36,848 nucleotides of DNA. Source: an uncultured bacterium. Lineage in GTDB: Bacteria; Chloroflexota; Anaerolineae; Anaerolineales; E44-bin32. The notes below the pieces were generated by a model. It was not told the DNA's origin, ran no database searches, and worked only from the letters and a program-made list of their open reading frames with translations. Where the stretch lies: positions 1 to 36,848 of the forward strand of contig CBDTZL010000002.1 in NCBI GenBank assembly GCA_965364895.1. Direction: 5' to 3'. A program made the translations under genes and the position numbers. Shown one piece after another: positions 1 to 8,270 of the stretch (position 1 is the first letter of the stretch; every line of letters begins with the position of its first letter).

Positions 1-82
1 AAGATCAACTGCGTATGAGAAACATAACTCTCACCATTGCCTTGGAAGTTCTGATACCATTAACCCAATCGAATAGATAGAA

Positions 83-341
83 CGCAATGACCGGGACGAG
101 TATCGAGGTCGTGAGTTCACAGGGACGCAGGGTCGCTGACTGAGAATCCTGCGGAAGCTCACTCTCGAGAAAACCACCCGCGAGCGGTATCCGGAAAACT
201 CTAAGCAACCATTGGCGCAGAGCGATTATGGAGAACGGCCCAGTCCCGTTACCGACTGACTAGAGAAGGTCCTTTGATTGGACTAATCTGGGTGGAACCG
301 TGTGAGCGAAGGCTCTCGCCCCAGTTGGGTGAGAGTTTTTT
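83..341 (+). promoter_or_regulatory. T-box leader (tRNA-Thr sensing) with intrinsic terminator, upstream of thrS
   Basis: Stem I base CGC 83-85 pairs with GCG 184-186, with AUGA/GA K-turn-like residues. AGUA S-turn at 99-102. Helix UCGAG 103-107 / CUCGA 164-168. Specifier loop GAAA-ACC-A has ACC at 173-175 followed by a purine, then helix CCCG 177-180 / CGGG 92-95. T-box sequence TGGGTGGAACCGTG at 289-302 (UGGA 293-296). Terminator CTCTCGCCC / GGGTGAGAG at 313-335 plus a T6 run at 336-341. Confidence 0.8.
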
Positions 342-373
342 CTTTTAGTGCATGCAATTAATGGAGGTGTGAC

Positions 374-2158
374 ATGGCGAAGGAAAAATACGAGGAAACA
401 AAGCTCTACCGCATCCGGCACTCGTCGGCGCATGTGATGGCGCAGGCTGTGGTGGAGATGTTCCCTGGAGAGGCAAAGGTCGCGATCGGGCCTCCGATTG
501 CAGAAGGCTTCTACTATGACTTTGATCTACCCCGTTCCTTGACTCCGGAAGATTTGGAAGTCATCGAGAGCCGCATGCGCGAATTGATCGAGGGCGATTT
601 CGAATTCGAGATGCAGGTGGTCTCGGCCGATGAGGCCAAAGAAATCTTCAAGGATCAGCCTTACAAATTGGAACTGATCGAGGGCCTGGAGGCCGGCGGC
701 GTGGACGAGTACGGCGAGCCGACAAAGGAAGCGCCTGTGATCTCCACCTACACGCACGATACCTTCACCGATCTCTGTCGTGGGCCCCACCTGGAACGGA
801 CCGGTCAGATCAACTCCGGCGGATTGAAGTTGCTGAATGTCGCAGGCGCCTACTGGCGTGGGGACGAGAAGCGGCCCATGCTGCAGCGCATCTACGGCAC
901 AGCCTGGGAAACTAGCGAGGAATTGGAGCAGTATCTTTGGAGGCTTGAGGAGGCTAAGAAGCGCGACCATCGTGTGCTTGGACGAGAACTCGATCTATTC
1001 AGCTTCAGTGAGGATGTTGGTCCCGGCTTGATCCTCTGGCACCCCAAGGGCGGCATGATCCGCAAATTGGCCGAGGATTTCAGCCGAGAGGAGCACGAAA
1101 AGGCGGGCTATGACTTCGTTTACACGCCACACATAGGCAAATCAAAATTGTGGGAAACCAGCGGCCATCTGGATTGGTACGCCGACGCCATGTACCCGCC
1201 AGTCGAGGTTGACGAACAAAAATACTATCTCAAACCGATGAACTGCCCATTTCACATCCAGATCTATAAGAGTAAGACTCGCTCCTATCGCGATCTACCC
1301 CTGCGCTATGCGGAGTGGGGCACGGTGTATCGGTACGAGCGCAGTGGAACGCTGCACGGTTTGATGCGGGTACGCGGCCTGACACAGGACGATGCCCATC
1401 TGTTCTGCCGACCGGATCAGATGCCGGATGAGATCGACAAGACTCTGGATTTCAGCCTGCATATCCTGCGATCTTTCGGGTTCGACGACATCCATGCCTA
1501 TCTGGCAACCCGCGATCCCGACAAAGCGGCCGGCTCGCCGGAGCAGTGGGAAGCGCCTACCGAGGCGCTCAGAGCCTCGCTCGAGCGATCCGGCTTGCCC
1601 TACCAGGTGGATGAAGCCGAGGCCACTTTCTACGGTCCGAAGATCGATCTAAAGGTGAACGACGCGCTGGACCGGGAGTGGCAGCTATCCACGATTCAGT
1701 TCGACTTCTTCTTACCAGAACGCTTCGGGCTATCGTACGTGGGGGAAGACGGAGCCGAGCATCAGCCCTATATGATCCATCGCGCGCTGATGGGAGCGAT
1801 GGAGCGTTTCTTCGGAACGCTCATCGAGCACCATGCGGGCGCCTTCCCAGTTTGGCTGGCGCCGGTCCAAGTCAGCCTGATTCCGATCGCAGACCGCCAT
1901 CAAGACTATGCGCGAGGGGTGGCAGACCAGCTGAAGGAAGCTGGATTACGGGTCGAGGTGGACGAGCGAAGTGAGCGGATGAACGCCAAAATCCGAGACG
2001 CACAGGTGCAGAAGGTTCCCTACATGCTCATCATGGGCGACCGCGATGCAGAAGCCAATCAAGTGTCGGTACGACTACGTTCGCAGGAGGATCTGGGCGG
2101 GATGTCGGTCGAAGCCTTTCTTGAGAGAGCACAGGCGGATATCAAGGAGCGCGCGTAG
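374..2158 (+). CDS. thrS: threonyl-tRNA synthetase, short form starting at the editing domain (no TGS domain)
   Basis: 594-aa ORF. It has the N-terminal RHSSAHVMAQAV editing-site motif, class II catalytic core motifs (YLKPMNCPFH, FRYERSG, GLTQDDAHLFC, FYGPKID) and a C-terminal anticodon-binding domain. GGAGG RBS lies ahead of the ATG. Confidence 0.95.
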   Translation: MAKEKYEETKLYRIRHSSAHVMAQAVVEMFPGEAKVAIGPPIAEGFYYDFDLPRSLTPEDLEVIESRMRELIEGDFEFEMQVVSADEAKEIFKDQPYKLELIEGLEAGGVDEYGEPTKEAPVISTYTHDTFTDLCRGPHLERTGQINSGGLKLLNVAGAYWRGDEKRPMLQRIYGTAWETSEELEQYLWRLEEAKKRDHRVLGRELDLFSFSEDVGPGLILWHPKGGMIRKLAEDFSREEHEKAGYDFVYTPHIGKSKLWETSGHLDWYADAMYPPVEVDEQKYYLKPMNCPFHIQIYKSKTRSYRDLPLRYAEWGTVYRYERSGTLHGLMRVRGLTQDDAHLFCRPDQMPDEIDKTLDFSLHILRSFGFDDIHAYLATRDPDKAAGSPEQWEAPTEALRASLERSGLPYQVDEAEATFYGPKIDLKVNDALDREWQLSTIQFDFFLPERFGLSYVGEDGAEHQPYMIHRALMGAMERFFGTLIEHHAGAFPVWLAPVQVSLIPIADRHQDYARGVADQLKEAGLRVEVDERSERMNAKIRDAQVQKVPYMLIMGDRDAEANQVSVRLRSQEDLGGMSVEAFLERAQADIKERA

Positions 2159-2286
2159 ATAAAGCGACCCAGAACTCAATATGGTGCCAAGTCGGATATC
2201 AAGGCGCGCTTCGGAGGAACAATATCGGCGTGTAGCGCGGCCCACAGACGGTGTACGACCAAATATAATATGACCCTTGAATAGAC

Positions 2287-3429
2287 ATGATAACGACCAC
2301 ACTGTTCGCGTTGATTCTCTCGATCGTTGCCGGATTCTCCCCGGTAGCGCAGTCTGATCCCCCGCCGGAAACCCGGGATTACGTGTGCGCGCCCAGATTA
2401 CAGCTGCGGCAGCCGCAGCGCTGCCCGCGCCATGGGCCAGCGGCCAAGCTCAGCAATCTGGCTCGGCTCGGGCTACTTTCGCCCAGACCACTGCCTCTGA
2501 CTGAGATCGATCCTGCGCTGAGCTACGTCCCATTCAGCTATGTCCGCGCTGGTTCCGGCGCAACCCCGCTATATACGAGCTATGAAGATGCGGTACGCGG
2601 CGGCGGGGGCGCTTCATCGATGAGCGATGGCTTTGTTTATCTTTCTTACTTCAATCGAGAAAGGGACTCGGGGGTCACCGTATACAGCACTGGCAACGGA
2701 TACGTTCGGAGCGACGATGTGAGCCGGGTGTCACAGCTCCCGCAGTCACCGGGGCTTCAATTTGAGCGAACCCCCGACCGGCCATTTGCGTGGACTATCT
2801 CAGGAGGACTATGCAGCTCGGAGGAGCCGGCCGGCCCGCTGGGAGATCACACCGCGTGCTTCACCCGCCACTCCGTAGTCCAGATCTATGACACGCAGCG
2901 TGTAGGGGACTGGGACTGGTACATGATCGGGCCCAACCAGTGGATCGAGCAGCGCTTTCTAGCGGTGGTTGATCCGGATCCCACGCCTCCGGAGGGTGTC
3001 GACCAAGATCGCTGGGTGTCCATTAACCTTTATGAACAAACGGTGGCCGTATATGAGGGGGGCAGCTTGATTTTCGCAACGGCGGCCTCCACAGGACGGA
3101 ATGGCTTTTGGACTCAGCCCGGATTGTTCCAGGTCTGGGCGAAGTTAGAGCGGGATGACATGACTGGCGGCATTCCCGGCGAAGCGGACAACTTCTACTT
3201 TCTCGGCGATGTCCCCAGGGTGTTGTATTTTGACGAGGCGCGTGCGCTTCACGGCACCTATTGGCACGGGAAATTTGGCACCCCAACGTCAAGGGGGTGC
3301 GTAAACCTTGCACCTGCAGACTCCAATTGGATGTTCGAATTCGCGGAAGTAGGCACCTGGGTTCACGTCTACGATCCTTCAGGCAATACTCCTACGGATC
3401 CGTCGGTCTACGGGGCCGGCGGCGCCTAA
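2287..3429 (+). CDS. secreted L,D-transpeptidase (YkuD domain)
   Basis: N-terminal signal-like hydrophobic segment (LFALILSIVAGFSPVAQS). C-terminal YkuD signature: ISINLYEQTVAVYEGG ... ALHGTYWHGKFGTPTSRGCVNL, with the His and SxGC catalytic motif. Confidence 0.85.
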   Translation: MITTTLFALILSIVAGFSPVAQSDPPPETRDYVCAPRLQLRQPQRCPRHGPAAKLSNLARLGLLSPRPLPLTEIDPALSYVPFSYVRAGSGATPLYTSYEDAVRGGGGASSMSDGFVYLSYFNRERDSGVTVYSTGNGYVRSDDVSRVSQLPQSPGLQFERTPDRPFAWTISGGLCSSEEPAGPLGDHTACFTRHSVVQIYDTQRVGDWDWYMIGPNQWIEQRFLAVVDPDPTPPEGVDQDRWVSINLYEQTVAVYEGGSLIFATAASTGRNGFWTQPGLFQVWAKLERDDMTGGIPGEADNFYFLGDVPRVLYFDEARALHGTYWHGKFGTPTSRGCVNLAPADSNWMFEFAEVGTWVHVYDPSGNTPTDPSVYGAGGA

Positions 3430-3619
3430 AACCCACCTAAAGTTCGTCAAGACAAGCACAAAGACTCGGAAACTCCTGGCATTCTCCGCTATGGAACCTC
3501 TCCCAAAGGGCAGATTCAACTCGCGATAGTACTAGAGTACTCTATTCCGCCATGACCCCCTAACTCTAAAATCCTGCCCACTTCCGAAACCTGCCGCTCG
3601 ACCCGGAAGGGGGGTCCCA

Positions 3620-3973
3620 ATGTACGCCGAGAACGAACTGTTGTTTCCGTCTCATGTGATTCCTAAACTCAGGGAATCGCGGGGGGAAGCCTGGATCAAG
3701 CTTGTCGATAAGGTCTCCAGGTTGCCAGAGGATCATCCAGAGAGCCTTGCGTTCTCGCTGATGATGATCCGCCTTGACGGATGCATGGCCTGCGAGACTG
3801 ATTCATATCGGGCCATGAAAGGCTGCCTGGGCTGCGCGCTTCAGACATTGAGGCGCTACAAAGGTCCCGATGGGGAGCTTCTGCAGCGATACCAGAAAGC
3901 CTTGATGGAGATCGAGAAGCATTTGGATACCCATCCAGTTGCTCCGGTTTTCATCCCCGCTCGCGCCGCATAA
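3620..3973 (+). CDS. hypothetical protein with a CxxC...CxxC motif
   Basis: 117-aa ORF with a GGAAGGGGGG RBS-like run ahead of the ATG. CMAC and CLGC lie 10 residues apart. An intrinsic terminator follows. I recognise no family. Confidence 0.55.
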   Translation: MYAENELLFPSHVIPKLRESRGEAWIKLVDKVSRLPEDHPESLAFSLMMIRLDGCMACETDSYRAMKGCLGCALQTLRRYKGPDGELLQRYQKALMEIEKHLDTHPVAPVFIPARAA

Positions 3974-3995
3974 TAGGCTCGACCGCGCGAATGGT

Positions 3996-4027
3996 AAGGG
4001 CTGTCCCACGGGGCAGCCCTTTTCTTG
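3996..4027 (+). terminator. intrinsic terminator after the Cys4 hypothetical gene
   Basis: AAGGGCTG 3996-4003 pairs with CAGCCCTT 4014-4021, followed by a T-rich tail (TTTTCTTG). Confidence 0.6.
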
Positions 4028-4077
4028 TTAATTCTGGCTTGCTCAACGCCCCCCTCGGCGAGCCGACCCAGCTTCCA

Positions 4078-4106
4078 TTGACATCCTGGGCAATCCTGGC
4101 TACAAT
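4078..4106 (+). promoter_or_regulatory. sigma70-type promoter of the MarR gene
   Basis: TTGACA at 4078-4083, a 17-nt spacer, then TACAAT at 4101-4106. Confidence 0.6.
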
Positions 4107-4140
4107 TAGTTCAGTTATGAACGGTTCACTGAGGAACTAA
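4107..4140. promoter_or_regulatory. palindromic operator array (GTTCA-N4-TGAAC type), probable MarR autoregulatory site
   Basis: GTTCA 4109-4113 / TGAAC 4118-4122. TGAAC-G-GTTCA at 4118-4128. Outer inverted repeat TTAGTTC...GAACTAA at 4106-4140. The array sits immediately downstream of the -10 box and overlaps the expected transcription start. Confidence 0.45.
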
Positions 4141-4144
4141 TACT

Positions 4145-4597
4145 GTGGGCACACATTATATTGGTTCACAAAAAGAGATTCGAGCGCTCAACGCCTATAT
4201 CAAGCTGTTGCGCTCCACTCAATCCTTGGGCGATCGAATCGCACGCCATCAAGCGGTTCCCGACTTGAACGGTTCGCAATTCGGCGCATTGGAGGCTTTG
4301 TATCACCTGGGCCCACTGCCACAAAAGACGATTGGAGAGAAGCTGCTCATCAGCAAGAGCAACGTAGTCGCAATTATCGATGCGCTGGAGGAGCGTGGTT
4401 TCGTAATCCGTCGGCGAGATCTTGAAGACCGTCGAATCATCAACGTCAGCCTTACTCAAGCCGGGCGAAAGTTTATTGAGCGAGTGTTTCCCATTCATGT
4501 GGGGACTATCGTCGATGAATTGAGTTGCCTGACGGCCCGGGAACAGGATGAGCTTGCCCGGCTGTGTCGGAAACTTGGCCTCAACGAGCAGGCATAG
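4145..4597 (+). CDS. MarR-family transcriptional regulator
   Basis: 150 aa with a GTG start. Winged-helix region: LPQKTIGEKLLISKSNVVAIIDALEERGFVIRRRDLEDRRIINVSLTQAGR. Confidence 0.85.
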   Translation: MGTHYIGSQKEIRALNAYIKLLRSTQSLGDRIARHQAVPDLNGSQFGALEALYHLGPLPQKTIGEKLLISKSNVVAIIDALEERGFVIRRRDLEDRRIINVSLTQAGRKFIERVFPIHVGTIVDELSCLTAREQDELARLCRKLGLNEQA

Positions 4598-4764
4598 ATG
4601 GCCCCTTTTTTTGGATGAAAGGTTCAGCGGTGAACGGTATGCTAGTGAACGAATATTACCGGTGTAACCGGCGGATGACCTTTTTCACAGGAACCGCGGG
4701 AGTTAATAGGTACAACCGGAATCAAATCGAAAGACTCTCGGCAGCAGCTAGCTAAGGGGAACAC

Positions 4765-5421
4765 ATGAACGACAACGTCAAGAATAAGAACGCTACACAA
4801 GTCAAAGTGGTGGGCATATCCGGAAGCCTCCGATCGGGCAGCTATACCCGCAGGGTGGTAAGTATTGCTCTTGAAGGCGCCCAAGAAGCCGGAGCTGAAA
4901 CGCAACTACTGGATCTTCGAGAATACGATTTGCCTTTTTCCAGCGGCAATCCTAGAGAGCGCAACTATCCTCCGGACGTATACAAACTTCGCGAGCATAT
5001 TCGGAATGCGGACGGAGTGATCCTCGGCTCGCCGGAATACCACGGCGGCATGAGCGGTGTCTTGAAAAACACCCTGGATCTCATGGGGTTTAAAGAGTTT
5101 GAAGGCAAGTTGATTGGGCTGGTAGGCGTGTCCGGCGGACTGATGGGCGCGAGCAATGCGCTGGTCAGCCTTCGAAATGTTAGCCGCGCCCTGCACGCCT
5201 GGGTCATTCCAGAGCAAGTTTCCATTCCACAGGCATGGAAAAAATTCAATCAAGACGGATCACTAAAAGATGAGTCACTTCGCGACAGATTGAAGCGAGT
5301 AGGTGAACAGGTAGCTCACTATTCGTCGCTGCACGCTTTGGATAAAGATCTTGCATTCGTTGACGAATGGGAAACTGCACCTACGAATCCTGGAGGAAGC
5401 AGAAAGAGGGAGCTGTCATGA
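4765..5421 (+). CDS. NADPH-dependent FMN reductase family protein
   Basis: VVGISGSLRSGSYTR flavodoxin-like N-terminus and the GSPEYHGGMSGVLKNTLD motif. AAGGGGA RBS. Confidence 0.85.
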   Translation: MNDNVKNKNATQVKVVGISGSLRSGSYTRRVVSIALEGAQEAGAETQLLDLREYDLPFSSGNPRERNYPPDVYKLREHIRNADGVILGSPEYHGGMSGVLKNTLDLMGFKEFEGKLIGLVGVSGGLMGASNALVSLRNVSRALHAWVIPEQVSIPQAWKKFNQDGSLKDESLRDRLKRVGEQVAHYSSLHALDKDLAFVDEWETAPTNPGGSRKRELS

Positions 5422-6320
5422 ACAATAAAATAATTCTCGTCATTGGCGCGACCGGACAACAAGGTGGGGCAGCCGCGCGGCACCTGCTAAACGCGGGGTG
5501 GAAAGTCCGCGCACTCGTCCGAGACCCGGAGAAGGACGCCGCACAAGCATTGGAAAAGCAAGGCGCGGAGCTAGCCCAGGGGGATCTGTACAACCGCGAA
5601 ACGCTCGCTGCCGCTCTAGAGACCGTGTACGGTGTTTTCAGCTTTACCAACTTCTGGCTTCCAGACGTTGGATACGAAGGTGAAATCAAGCAAGGCAAAT
5701 TGCTTGCAGATACCGCTAAGGAATCAGGAGTTCAGCATTTTGTGTACTCATCAGTAGGTGCGGCGCATCGAGGGATGGGTCAAAAGCACTTCGAGAGCAA
5801 GTGGATTGTTGAACAATATATTGAAGAGATCGGCCTGCCGCATACGATTCTGCGCCCGGCCGCGTTTATGGACAATCTCGAATGGAAGCGCGCTCGGATA
5901 TCCAATGGAGAACTCGAAAGCTGGGGTATTCGCCAGGACAAGAGTTCACAGCTCATTGCAGCCGACGACATCGGTGCCATTGCGGCGATTGTGTTTTCCG
6001 ATCCAGACCAATATGTGGGCAGAACGCTTGAAATTGCAGGGGACGAGCTGAGCGAAGCGGAGCAAGCGGAAACCTTTTCCAAAGTGATCGGCCGCCCGGT
6101 GAGGCTTGAACCAGCCCGCACAACTAATGGCTACGAACCGGACGAAGAGCAGATCGCCGCGATCCGCTTCTTTGACGGGGAAGCCTACACGGCAGATATT
6201 GCTGCCGTCAGGAAAATGTATCCCGGCCTTCGTACCCTGGAGCAGTACTTACGCGAATTCGGCTGGGAGGACTTGCCCGTCTTGCCAATGCCGGAGGGAG
6301 ACAAACCCTGGGGCGACTGA
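5418..6320 (+). CDS. NmrA-like NAD(P)-binding protein
   Basis: Rossmann motif ILVIGATGQQGGAAARHL. I chose the start at the ATG that overlaps the upstream stop (ATGA) rather than the longer ORF start at 5367. Confidence 0.85.
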   Translation: MNNKIILVIGATGQQGGAAARHLLNAGWKVRALVRDPEKDAAQALEKQGAELAQGDLYNRETLAAALETVYGVFSFTNFWLPDVGYEGEIKQGKLLADTAKESGVQHFVYSSVGAAHRGMGQKHFESKWIVEQYIEEIGLPHTILRPAAFMDNLEWKRARISNGELESWGIRQDKSSQLIAADDIGAIAAIVFSDPDQYVGRTLEIAGDELSEAEQAETFSKVIGRPVRLEPARTTNGYEPDEEQIAAIRFFDGEAYTADIAAVRKMYPGLRTLEQYLREFGWEDLPVLPMPEGDKPWGD

Positions 6321-6366
6321 TCCCATCGCGGATCGAAATCAACATGGACCACGCGTAAGGAATAGC

Positions 6367-6395
6367 TTGACAGCTGCCTGACCACCTGCTATAAA
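6367..6395 (+). promoter_or_regulatory. sigma70-type promoter of the trp operon leader
   Basis: TTGACA at 6367-6372, a 17-nt spacer, then TATAAA at 6390-6395. Confidence 0.65.
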
Positions 6396-6420
6396 CCAGC
6401 CAAATAGAATACAAACAAAG

Positions 6421-6741
6421 GCTGCGAAGAGGAATAGTAAGCGCCGACACGGTGGTGCAGAGAGCGGGGAAAAGGTGAGAGCCCCGCCCATACGCTGGTG
6501 GTGAATGGGCCTCGGAGCCGCAGGGCGAAAGGCATCTGCCGATTAGCCTGAGCCGGAGACGCCACCGTTATCAGGGCGAAGGGTACTCGCAAGTCAAATC
6601 CGCAGTACCTGTTTGAGCGAGGCTGGTTTTTTCCCACCCGTCGTCATCGCCGACGGGTTTTTTCTTTCCGGGCGAATTCCGACCTAACCAAGGTGGCACC
6701 ACGGGAGTCCCCTCTCGTCCTTGCGGACCGGAGGGGTTTTT
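6421..6741 (+). promoter_or_regulatory. T-box leader (tRNA-Trp sensing, UGG specifier) controlling trpEGDCFBA
   Basis: Base helix CUGCG 6422-6426 / CGCAG 6519-6523. AGUA at 6436-6439. AG bulge AGAGA at 6459-6463. Distal stem GCGGGG/CCCCGC with a GGUGAGA loop at 6474-6480. Specifier UGG at 6506-6508, then G, then helix CCUC 6510-6513 / GAGG 6429-6432. F-box CCGTTA at 6565-6570. T-box AAGGTGGCACCACGG at 6691-6705 (UGGC 6695-6698). Terminator CCCCTC...GAGGGG at 6709-6736 plus a T5 run. Confidence 0.82.
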
Positions 6742-6770
6742 CTATTAACGGATCGATCCAGTGAGGGCAA

Positions 6771-8270
6771 ATGCTCAAAGAGAAATCTAAAACGCGTGAT
6801 TTATCGGGCCATCAAGCCAACCTTATACCGATCGTGCGCGAGCTCTCGGCCGATCTTGATTCTCCAATCACTGCCTATCTCAAGCTTGCTGGCCACGGCC
6901 CGTCATTCTTGCTCGAGTCAGTTACCGGTGGCGAGCAGGTGGCACGTTATTCCTTTATCGGCGTAGACCCAAGCGAAGCATTTGTGCTACATGGCCAGGC
7001 CTTCGAACGACACACCGCAGAGGGCGTGAGCCAAATTCCAATTCCGGAAGGCTTAGATGCGTTGGATGTCCTGCGTCAGGAATTAGCACGTTTTGTGCCC
7101 GCCAAAGTCCAAGACTTACCGCGTTTTGCAGGTGGATTGGTCGGCTATCTTGGCTATGAGACAGCCAGCGGCTTCGAGCCGACTCTGGATCTACCTCCGC
7201 ATGCATCTCTCCCCGACGCGATCTTCTTGCTGGCCGACACTGTCGTAGCATTTGACCATGCCTTCGGGCGCATGTTGCTGATCGCCAATGTGAATTTAGA
7301 CGGCAACGAAGCGCGCGCGCGCGCCGAGGCGGAAACCCGCCTCGATGAGCTGGAGGCTCGTTTGAGTGAAGACCTTCCCGCCCGACCCTCTCCAGTCGAG
7401 CATTCGGCCGCGGGCGAGCTGCATTCCAACCTGACGCCGAACGAATTTCACACTGCTGTCATGCAATCCAAAGAGGACATCGCGGCGGGGGAGATCTATC
7501 AGGTGGTACTCTCGCGGCGCTTCGAAAGGCAGACGTCGGCCGCCCCATTTGACATTTACCGCTCGCTGCGCCGCACGAATCCCTCACCTTATATGTTCTT
7601 CTTCGACTTCGATGACCTGGCTGGTCATCCTCCCCTGCGACTGATTGGAGCCTCTCCTGAAATGCACGTTCGACTGGAGGCGGGTCGCGCAGCCATGCAC
7701 CCAATCGCCGGAACACGACCGCGCGGCCAGTCGAACGCCGAAGATGAAGCGCTGGAGAAAGATCTGCTTGCCGACCCCAAGGAACGTGCCGAACATGTCA
7801 TGCTGGTCGACCTGGCGCGCAACGACTTGGGACGCGTCTGCAGCTACGGATCTGTAAGTCTTACCGAGCAGATGGGGATTGAGCGCTACTCACACGTCAT
7901 GCACATCGTCTCACACGTGGAAGGCGAGCTTCACCCTGCCTATGATGCTTTTGATCTCCTGCGTGCAACTTTTCCGGCTGGCACGGTTAGCGGAGCCCCA
8001 AAGATCCGGGCCATGGAAATCATCGCCGAGCGGGAAGGCGAAGCGCGCGGACCTTATGCGGGAGCTGTTGGCTATTTCTCTTATGATGGCTCGCTCGATA
8101 CCTGCATCACCATTCGCTCGCTCGTTATGCGGGGGCAGACTGTAAGCGTCCAGGCCGGCGCCGGCATCGTGGCTGATTCCAACCCCGAGCGGGAGTATGA
8201 AGAGACCGCGAACAAGGCCCTCGCTTTGATCGTAGCCGTGGATAAGGCCGAGAAGGAGACCCTGACATGA
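6771..8270 (+). CDS. trpE: anthranilate synthase component I
   Basis: 499 aa with chorismate-binding motifs ([40 protein letters not shown]). First gene after the Trp T-box. Confidence 0.95.
   Translation: MLKEKSKTRDLSGHQANLIPIVRELSADLDSPITAYLKLAGHGPSFLLESVTGGEQVARYSFIGVDPSEAFVLHGQAFERHTAEGVSQIPIPEGLDALDVLRQELARFVPAKVQDLPRFAGGLVGYLGYETASGFEPTLDLPPHASLPDAIFLLADTVVAFDHAFGRMLLIANVNLDGNEARARAEAETRLDELEARLSEDLPARPSPVEHSAAGELHSNLTPNEFHTAVMQSKEDIAAGEIYQVVLSRRFERQTSAAPFDIYRSLRRTNPSPYMFFFDFDDLAGHPPLRLIGASPEMHVRLEAGRAAMHPIAGTRPRGQSNAEDEALEKDLLADPKERAEHVMLVDLARNDLGRVCSYGSVSLTEQMGIERYSHVMHIVSHVEGELHPAYDAFDLLRATFPAGTVSGAPKIRAMEIIAEREGEARGPYAGAVGYFSYDGSLDTCITIRSLVMRGQTVSVQAGAGIVADSNPEREYEETANKALALIVAVDKAEKETLT

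Noticed and set aside
5-208. 67-aa minus-strand ORF at the window start
   Set aside because: It overlaps stem I of the thrS T-box leader and has no recognisable motifs or RBS. Such ORFs are a common artefact in GC-rich DNA.
5367-5417. N-terminal extension of the NmrA-like ORF
   Set aside because: It overlaps the 3' end of the FMN reductase gene. The ATG at 5418 sits directly before the Rossmann motif and overlaps the upstream stop codon.
6389-6637. 82-aa minus-strand ORF between the NmrA-like gene and trpE
   Set aside because: It lies entirely antisense to the trp promoter and T-box leader. That RNA element explains the conservation-type features of the region.
6402-6770. Tandem (double) T-box in the trp leader, as known for some Firmicutes trp operons
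   Set aside because: I found only one stem I / specifier set and only one T-box sequence. The ~370-nt leader is too short for two complete T-boxes, and the first terminator has no adjacent GGUGG.ACC element.
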